Shown: positions 26,751 through 36,240 of the stretch, piece by piece
How positions within the stretch are numbered: position 1 is the first letter of the stretch
Layout: each line of letters opens with the position of its first letter
Assembly: GCA_051294375.1 (NCBI GenBank)
Contig: CM119263.1
Coordinates: 23,257,109 to 23,321,108 of the forward strand
Origin: Paraspadella gotoi
Taxonomy: Eukaryota > Animalia > Chaetognatha
Length of the DNA stretch: 64,000 nt
Direction of reading: 5' to 3'
Made by a program: the position numbers and the translations under genes
Notes under the pieces: generated by a model
What the model saw: the letters and a program-made list of their open reading frames with translations, nothing else
Databases searched by the model: none
What the model was told of the DNA's origin: nothing

Positions 26751-27964
26751 ATTGTAAATTAAGTTCTCGCCTTATTTTAAAATTATTCAATATAAAAAAG
26801 AAATCGACGTAAGGTTTCACCAATCATTCTATGCAGAGCGACATCCAAGGCCAGGAGCCAGATCTTTGGCGAAAAAAATAATTATTTTGAATCTAGATCA
26901 AAACTGGCCTTCACTAGCGAATTTCTAGGCTGTCCCAAGGAACCATGCACTCTGAAATTTTCTCTCGAGATCAACTCATTTTAAAAGAAATCATTCCCTT
27001 GACTTTTTGTTTTTTTATTCTACCGTGGCGGCCTCGGTGTTGAAATTTCGCTTGAAAACGAAAACAAAAGATCTTCGCCCTGATCGACAAGAACAGCGAT
27101 GGGTTCTTGCAAACTGACGACTTGACCGCCCTCTATTCAGAGGATCTCGGTGAGAAATTCTCGCTACGAGATCGAGAAAAAAAGATCAAAAGCGAAAAAA
27201 AAAACACTAACAGATGAATTGTTCCCAACAGAATTTCTACCCCGAGTCCACTAAGAAACGAGGCTCACCTCCCCGTAATTCCTGAGTTTTAATGATACTT
27301 ACACTAATTCTATTCGGTACTCACTCAATACGGCTAAAACATAAATAATTATTTAGGTGTTGAGAAAAAAAATATTTAGAATGGTTTGTAATTCGTTCGT
27401 CAGAGAATTGCTGTGGAAAATTGCAGTGAAAATTTCCCCCTCAAACTCCCGCTAGAAATTAACTAAGTCTCTTCTCACCCCCACAGGCAAGCCCTGCGAC
27501 GAGGGTGCCCTCTCGGCCATGATCGCCGAGGCACCCGGCCCCCTGGACTTCCAGATGCTCCTCCAACTGTTCGGTGAGAAGATGTCCGGCACCGACCCCG
27601 AGGAGACCATCATGGCCGGATGGCACCTCTTCGACCCGGCCGCGTCCGGCGAGATGTCCGTCGACGCCGTCAAGAGCCTCCTCTGCAATCGCGGAGTCAA
27701 GGCCGACCGACTCACCGAGGCTGAGGTAAGGCGTTGAGTAATGGACGGTTAGGAGAAAAGGAAAGAAAGGAAGAGATAGAAACGCTGTCACAAGATGCTA
27801 TTTTTAGAACATTAGTTAATCGGTTTCCCTTTACCGCTCACTCACCCCATTTTTCTTCTTTTCGCCGCCAGGTGTCCCAGATGTTCGACCAGGTCAAACC
27901 CGCCGGTGGCAAATTCAACTACGGCAAATTCACCCGCATCATGAAGCGCGGTTCCGACGAGTAA
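24423..27964 (+). CDS. MRLC: Myosin regulatory light chain (EF-hand superfamily), 170-171 aa, three isoforms via mutually exclusive exon 4
   Basis: Exons 24423-24443 (MSKGAIS), 25446-25529 (KKSKKCYQRSNSSTFKMFDEAQIKEFKE), one of 4A/4B/4C, 27487-27725 (GKPCDEGALSAMIAEAPGPLDFQMLLQLFGEKMSGTDPEETIMAGWHLFDP...RLTEAE) and 27872-27964 (VSQMFDQVKPAGGKFNYGKFTRIMKRGSDE*). RLC hallmarks present: QIxEFKE, EAPGPLxF, FGEKxSGTDPEETI, FNY..F..I.K.G. Confidence 0.96.
25897..25972 (+). CDS. MRLC: MRLC alternative exon 4A (EF-hand loop DQDGNGVIEVDD)
   Basis: ctttag|ATC TTC GGT...ATG G|gtgagg; 76 nt; IFGFLDQDGNGVIEVDDLVALHGLM(G); phase 0 to 1. Confidence 0.92.
26415..26490 (+). CDS. MRLC: MRLC alternative exon 4B (EF-hand loop DQNADGLVDVAD)
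   Basis: tgacag|ATC TTC GGC...ATG G|gtagga; 76 nt; IFGMMDQNADGLVDVADLVALHGIM(G); phase 0 to 1. Confidence 0.92.
27071..27149 (+). CDS. MRLC: MRLC alternative exon 4C (EF-hand loop DKNSDGFLQTDD)
   Basis: caaaag|ATC TTC GCC...CTC G|gtgaga; 79 nt; IFALIDKNSDGFLQTDDLTALYSEDL(G); phase 0 to 1. Confidence 0.88.
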
Positions 27965-30900
27965 AGCGTTGCCGCAGCGAATCCCCCATTTCGCCCGTCC
28001 CCAACGCCAGTCGGATTCTCCACGCCATCTCGATGCCATTTCGACGCTGCCATTAACAACGAATCTCGGGAGTACGGAGACGAGAGCCCGAGAGAATTTT
28101 TGTCGCCATCTCGCTCTCTCTCGCTCTCGTTTACTCTTGACCCAAACACGAAATTTGTCTGCCTCAATTTGATCCTGGATCACCAAACGCCAAAAACGCA
28201 ACCACCACCGTATTTTGGCGCCGGGCGCGATGTCCATCTCGCGCCGCGCCTTCCGAAATCTCGAGACGCGGTTAATGAAGCTTCATTTAACAAAAAAAAT
28301 GACTTTAAGAACGAAAGCATTTTTTTAATATTTATTTTGTGTATTTCTGTCCGTTTCGAAATTGTCACCGTCTTAACGGGGAGGATTCATGCAATGAAAA
28401 CAAAAATCCAGTACTGGTTTAAGGACTTATCACCAAAAAATCATCCTCGGTGAGCGTTCACGCTTTTTGACTTCGCGTCCGTTCACTTTGCCGAAACAGC
28501 TTCTCAAACATCACCATACCTTTTTTCTGTTTCTTTTATTTATGGTTCTGGGGTTGAGATTTGCGCTTTGCTGGAAGTCGCCTTCTTGAGAAAGTCGTAC
28601 ATCGTGTCCTCTGAAAAACCGTTTATTTATTTATTTATTTATTTATTTTAAACGTTTAGAATTTTTTTAAATTAGGACGATTTTCGTTAATCATGTCATT
28701 TTCTCGATTAACGTGTTTTTAATTATAGCATGCGTCTATACAAACAAAAAAATTCAGAACCTTGTATTTCTTTTTTCATTCGACCAAGATTTGTATAGAA
28801 AATACCAATTAAACAACCGAGCACCAGTCTAGGAATGCGAGCAATGTCTTTAGCTTTTGAAATAATCAATATTATCACGCATAGTTTTTTAACGAGCCAA
28901 CAATATGATAATAATTTGTTCACCCCTTTAAAAAAAAAAACGAATGTTTGTTTGTTCTCGAAGGTTTTCGTCGTCATGGCGACGTTTCGCGCGTCCTCTG
29001 CGTTCAGTTAAGTCAAGGGAATCGACGAATCATTCCGAAATTTCCGACTCATTAATTTGCGGATCCGCGTTCCCCCCCCCCTTCCTAAGGAGACGCTCGC
29101 CTTCCACCGCCCTCCTATATGGGCTTTCGGATCGGCGAGGGTCTCTTCTCGCGGAGGCCGCAAAGGAGCCTATCTTCCTTTATACTTTTACATTATTTAT
29201 TCTTTGGCTGAAATGAATGCAGATGCGCGCCTAAAGAACGTTTTCGTAGAACTCAGTTTACACGTTATTATTTACGAAATAAAAAATAACCCCTTTTTTT
29301 ATTACATAAATTAAATAATTTATAGTCATGCTTCAGCACGCGAGCATTTCTAATCGCTGAATTCTTTTATAACGCAAAATATTCGTATCGTGTTGTCATT
29401 GAAACGCTTTAAATTTTGTTTCGCTATTTAACTCACTTTTTTTCACTCTCACACATTGTGTCATTGAATTAACTTAACCCTTGGTGTGATGAATCCAACT
29501 TTGTGAGTGTCACTTAACATCCACGCTCGCTTCCAAGGTTTTAATCTCACAAAATGGTTTCTACGCGATAGTATATATTCCAGTCAAATTAATAGATTAT
29601 TGAAAGTTATAATGAATATTAAAGGTTAAATAAGAATTCCATATTTGTTCTTAATATGCCCGAGTTAGTGCAGGCGGCTTAAATAACATTAGGTAGGAAA
29701 AATAATTTGAAAGCTAACAATTAACTCATTTTTACTAACAGGTCGGCTCACAAACAAAACTATGTTGGCTTCATTGGTTAATAAACTTTTCTATCTAAGT
29801 TTCTTTTTAACCAAGCAAAAAGGTATGATAAATCTACGATTTTCTCTAAATTCGAGCTTTAAAAAGATACAGGCAAATGTTTTGAAGCAAATCTAGATAC
29901 GAATTCTGAGACTCAAAGGAACTCATCGGATACTATTGGAATTCGACCAAACAGTGTTAGTGTCATGTCGCTGAACATCTGTGCTACTTTCATCTTCGTT
30001 GACGACGCCTCTGTTTGACTTTTTGTTTTTTATTTCTTTCTATATTCTTCGTTTTGTGGCAGGACTTGTCTTTAAAAACTTAAGGAAAACAAAAGTTCAT
30101 CTGGCGTCAAAATTCAACGATTTGATACACATTTAATTATTCATATGTGATTAAAACTTTTTCACGAGTATGTATCCGAAAGAAATTAGCCTATATTAGA
30201 ATATATTTAACAAAATATATATATTTAAATATTTAAAAACCCCTTGTCCAAATTTGGCAAACAAATTAACTCTCATGCAGATGAAAGAATACAAAACAAA
30301 CTTTGATTACACAAAGCGGACCCGTAACTTTAGGCGGCCTTAACTTTTAAACTTTGTCCTTGATTAGTTTCAACAATTTTTTTTTTTCAACGACCCAAGT
30401 TTTTTTTTTTTTTTTTTTCGTCGGTCAACAAGGGAAATCGTCTCCAACTCCACACAAAGAATAAATATATAAAAAATGAGTTTCATCAAGACGACTGTTC
30501 TCCGTTCGAAGCCGACAAGGGCCGGGGTGACCGCAAAATTCTTGGTTTAAATTTATATTTTTTGGTCTTCGTTATGAAAAATGACGCACCCCTAACGATT
30601 ATCCCTTTTGACTAAATCGTCCGTTTAGTCAAGAAAAAATCCCAGGGCGACCCAATTAATTCGAATGATCGGCGGAGAGCCAGTTTTCCCGGGCGTCGCG
30701 ATTCCCAACGCCGCGGGGTGGGGAGAGCCGCGCTGCCCCCGGGGGTAATAACGACGGTTGACGTCGACGACAATGACGACGACAATGACGACGATGCGGC
30801 AGGAAAAGACCCAGGGACGCTATATTCCGTCGCAGAAACAGGAATTAGGCTCAGATTCCCGCGACGAATCTCCAACATCCGTTTCTCAGGAAAACCAGTT

Positions 30901-31087
30901 TCGTTTTTCTTCAGTTCAGGGGGGCGAGAAAATCTGTCTTTTTTTTCATGAGAACAAATAATCGACGTCATCGCGAAAAAGGTTTTTCTCACTAATATTT
31001 TCTTTCATCCTTAATATTAAAAAAAAAAATAAGAACGGTAATTCAAATGTGTTGCGCCGCAACGACTGCCTTATCATGTGTATTTCT

Positions 31088-31190
31088 TGTGACATGATAT
31101 GACATGACGTGTCATGATATGACGTGACCTGACGTGACGTGACGTGATATGACATAACATGACGTGACATAACATGACTACATGACTGCA
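31088..31190. repeat. Degenerate pentanucleotide tandem repeat (GACAT/GACGT/GATAT)
   Basis: gacat gatat gacat gacgt ... repeated about 20 times. Confidence 0.8.
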
Positions 31191-32038
31191 TAACTTTCTT
31201 AGCCCGTATATTTATGATATGCACTGCATCAAAATTCCGTCTTTTATTTCTTTTTAGTTTTAGGATTTCCTGAAGGCGGCGCCTTAACATAAGTGGGACA
31301 GACCATCGGACAGATATACCGATCGACGGACAGACATACCGACCGACGGACCGAACGAAAGTGACTTATAGAGTTGGGAGTACTCGCGGCGCAACTAAAA
31401 ACCATAACGAAAAAAAATTGTGGGGGTTAGATGTGAAGGGGGGCGGGTGGGGAGAGGGTGAGGAATTCGAAAATGAGAAGCAGAAACTTCCGTTTTAAAC
31501 TTTTCATCTTCTTTTTTTTTTTCCTTCTTTTTTTACTTATTTTTTTCTTATTTTACTTTATTCTCATCCGCAAAAATAAAGCAGATTTCTTCCTCTTTTC
31601 CCTCATCGTTTTTTTTTCCTTCCTAATTCGCTTCCGTTTCGGGATTAAAAAAGTTTTTCTAGGTTTTTTTTTAATTAAGACTCGTGGAAAAAAAAAGGTT
31701 ACTTTTTTTATTTTGAGTCAAAACAGAAAAAAAAAGCGGTCGCAAAAACAAAAGACATAGTTTTGACGGTGCGTTTCGATAAGGGGGGGGAGGCGGGGGG
31801 AAATCAAGATGGACGTTTGAAGAGAAAAAAGGGATTTTTTTTTCCTTATTCGTTTTTCTCTTTTTTTTTTCTTTCCAATTTTTTCCCCTTTTTTTCCGAA
31901 TCCACGAAGAGTCATTATTCACTCGTGGGTTCTCTTTTCATTTACCCTCGGGCTAAAAACAGAAAGGGACAAAAAGGGACAAAAAGGATAGGAGAGAGAG
32001 AGAGAGAGGGAGAGAGAGAGAGAGAGAAGAGAGAGAAG

Positions 32039-32103
<65 letters not shown>

Positions 32104-32802
32104 CGAAAAAAAAGTGTGAGAAGCCGTAAAAACTGAAAGGAGAGGACAAAAGAATGTTTTCTCTTGTGTAACGTCGACTTCCGTTTTTTCCTTCATCAAA
32201 AATCCTTTGTACTCGAAACGACTTTTAGCTGAAAAAAAAAAAGAAAGAAAGAAAGGGAAATCGCCGTTGCGAGTTTCACGCTTTTCTTTCTGGTCACGTG
32301 ATCTTGATCTCGGTTGGAGCGGAATCGAGGTTGGAGAATGGGAGAGTTTTGCTCATCGAAAAGTTTGGCAGCGATTGAAAAAAGTAGCCCATAGTGGAAT
32401 GATTAAATGATTGAGTGGAATGATTGAATGATTGAGTGATTGGACGATCGATTAACTAAAGTGATCGAAATGGATCGCTTGATTTATGAGCCTTGTGATT
32501 GAGTCGAGCGACCGAGAGACAATGCTGGAAAAAAAACCTAGGAAAAGTTGAATGTTGTGATGGTGACCTCCACCTCCACCGGCTCCACCCTTTTCTCCTC
32601 CCCCACCTCGGAATCCATCCCTCCCTCAGATCCCACCAGCGCCCTTTGACCTTAGCTCCACTAAACGACTCTACCCTCAACTTTCGTTTGAGTACACTAA
32701 GTACAACCAGGAGCTATTAGTGGAAACTTAGCGGAACCGAAAGTAAGTTCATTAAATCGGAATTAAAAATCTCGTCGAATCGGTGCTCATTATAATTAGC
32801 AA

Positions 32803-32839
<37 letters not shown>

Positions 32840-32851
32840 AGATGAGAGAGT

Positions 32852-32913
<62 letters not shown>

Positions 32914-34037
32914 TCAAATCAAACGCTTTCAGAAAGATTTTAATTTTAAATTTTAAATAAAAAAATTAATTTTACAATCTTCTAATCATATTAGGCCAAA
33001 GTGTAGAGCACTGATGAATAAAAACAAATGCTTGGTCGTTATTTTTATTCATTCTGAATTTCTAATTCCTGAAATTATTTGTATATAAAAAAAATTGAAA
33101 GTGTCTCGACTTAAGTATTTTAAGAAACTCTTAGACCTTGGCTGAGAGCCTTTCCCTAATTGGATCAAAGAAAAAAAAAGTAATAAAAAAAAGCAGAAAA
33201 GAAAAAAAAGAAAGAAAATAATAAAAAAAGAAAGTAAGTAAGAAAAAAAGAAAAAAGTAAAAAACCAAAACATAAAAGAAAAGTAACAAAGAAAGTAAGA
33301 AAGAATGGAAGTAAGTAAGAAAGAGGAAGAGAAAGAAAGAAAAAAGAAAGAAAGAAACTTGCATCATTTTTTCAAATTGCATCTTTTTTCAGTTTAATTA
33401 ATTAATTAATTTATTAAAAATTATTTCATTAATTAAAAAAATTATGATGAAGCAAAATAATAAAAATTCAAGTCAACCTGACTTTGGTTTTTCGCACTAT
33501 TCCATCGAAACTTTAGATCCAGCTTCATCACACGCTTTTCAACCCACAACCAAAATTTCATCTCAATCTATTCATCCAATTATGATTAATTAGAGTAATT
33601 TTGGGTTCAAATTAAGAAAAATATATAATTAAATGTTACTTTTTTCCATTTAAACTCATTTCCTTTCGCACGATTCCATCGAAACTTTATAACAAGCTCA
33701 ATAACTTCCCTACCCACACACAAAATTTCATTCCAATCCATCAATCCAATCACGAGTAATTAGAGTTGTTTGCTAAGGGAGGACGGACGGACGGACATCA
33801 TTTCATAGACAAAAAAAAATAAATGAAACATTACCTTCCCTATATTTTGTAAGACATTTATATTTATTTTTGAAATCGCTTTCAATTATTTTCAAACAAA
33901 ACAACGACAGCAGTCCGACATACGACAAAAGAACGAAACCTAAAAAAGTATCAAAACCAAGACTAATTTTTTAGTTTAACATAAAACTGAGCGAAAAAAT
34001 GTGATTAAACTGAAAAAAATTTATTATGACACGTGTG

Positions 34038-34089
<52 letters not shown>

Positions 34090-34204
34090 GAACAGGAAAT
34101 TAAGTTGATGTTTTTTTGGTTTCAGTTCTTTTTCCTTCTTTCTTCCCACTGAGTCTTTGATCCCAATTTTAAGCTCAGCTTCCGCCTTTTGGTCCCGAGG
34201 ACCG

Positions 34205-34293
<89 letters not shown>

Positions 34294-34541
34294 GCTCATT
34301 GTTAATAATTTTATTGACAATATATATCATATTTTTGTTCTCATTTTTGTCATGACATAACTATGACCAAGCTACGTATTTATTTTATTGATCGATAGTG
34401 GATTAAATAAATCTAAATAAAAAGCAATGTTACGATTTCCGTATGCAAATTTTTTAAAAATCTTTAAAAAAAAGAAGAATGGAAGGTGTTTTCGCATTCC
34501 TGAAATAACAAACCCCAAACGGCACGTGGTTGAGAATATGC

Positions 34542-34653
34542 ATGAATGAATGAATGAATCAATGAATTAATGAATGAATGAATGAATGAATGAATGAATG
34601 AATGAATGAATGAATGAATGAATGAGTGAACTGTTTAACGAATGAATGAATGA
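34542..34653. repeat. (ATGA)n tetranucleotide microsatellite
   Basis: Seen directly; also present in the degraded copy at about 39790-39900. Confidence 0.9.
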
Positions 34654-35267
34654 ATTAATATAAAAAATTCATAAATAAATAAATGTAAAAATGAATATTG
34701 AATAATAATAATATTTCAAAATTCAAATAATTTATTATATACAACTTTATTATTTTTGATATTCTTTATTTAACTACTTAATTTAAATAAAACTTATCTA
34801 AAAGAAGGAAAAAGACAAAAATTTCAGCGGAAGTTACATATCTATTTTCGAATGGAGAGAAAAAAAAACTATTTTGATTAAAACTCAGCTTCCGGTTTAC
34901 GACGACGACGACGACGACAACGACAGCAGGGACGACAAGGACGGTGACAACGACGACGACGACGGAGAAGACGACGAAGACGACTCCCCTACGGTGGCAA
35001 AATGGCAAGAATCCAGGTCTCTTAAGCTAAGAACAAGGTATTGCGTTCAACCCTGAACTCGGCGAATTGAAATTTCTACAGAAATACTTTATACGTATAC
35101 GTATTTAATCTGTTATATTTGAAGAAAAAAAATTTAGGTGATCGACTGAAACTAGGAATATAAGATATTAAGTAATTTTTAAAAAAACTAATTTAAACTC
35201 GACTACAACATCGAAGAAAAAATGTTGTTTGTTCGACGGAGTTACGTGCGTAGGCGTAAGCAGATTG

Positions 35268-35377
<110 letters not shown>

Positions 35378-35841
35378 GAATCAACAAGTCTGTCGTTTCC
35401 CGTTCCCACAATTTGCAACGTCTCCCGTCGTCCCCTTAGTCGTCGTCGTCGTCGCAGCCGCCGTCGCCGTCGCCGTTTTCATCAATGAAGGTCCGCGACG
35501 ACGTGAATGAAGCTCCCGCGCTGCATCATGTTGCGCCAAGCTGCAGCTGCAGCCGCAGCACGCGGAGGAGAATGGCACCGAGCGGCGGAGCTGCTGCGAG
35601 GCTGCCTCGACGACCGGAAGCTCTCAGCCTGAGGCAGAAAAAAAATTTCGGTAACAATTCTCTCTTTATTTTTGCTTCTCTTGCTTACTTGATATTTTTT
35701 TTTCTTGTTCACTTGCTTCGTTCCTTCGATATATGTTTTCGTTTAATATTCAAGTTATATATATTTTTAGTGTACTAAGTATATCAACTTTCTTTCCAAA
35801 TATTTTTTCTGCTTTTTCACTTTTTTCTTTCATTCTTTTTT

Positions 35842-35885
<44 letters not shown>

Positions 35886-36013
35886 TTCACTCTCTCCCTT
35901 TCCTCTTTCCTGCCTTTTCATTCATCATTCTTGTGCCCCATTCATGGTGTGTTCGATTTCTCCGCCGCAGCCTTCTGCTTCCTTCATCAAAAAAAATTGG
36001 ATCTCTCTCTCTC

Positions 36014-36046
<33 letters not shown>

Positions 36047-36240
36047 CGTGTGTGCCTCGCTCTCAATATACCTCTCTTTTTGCCCTCCCCCACTCTCTCT
36101 CTCTCTCACTCTTGTCAAGGTGACCACTTTTTGGGCCGAGTATCGAAGATCGTGTCTAAAAGTAATTGAAAGCCAAATGTGAATGGGAAGGAGAAATATT
36201 TCATTATTATTCAAGNNNNNNNNNNNNNNNNNNNNNNNNN

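Noticed and set aside
25897-27149. Reading 4A-4C as consecutive constitutive exons of a multi-EF-hand protein, or as an assembly duplication
   Set aside because: Joining them breaks the frame. The exons differ at many synonymous sites while their flanking introns are unrelated, which fits old exon duplication rather than misassembly.
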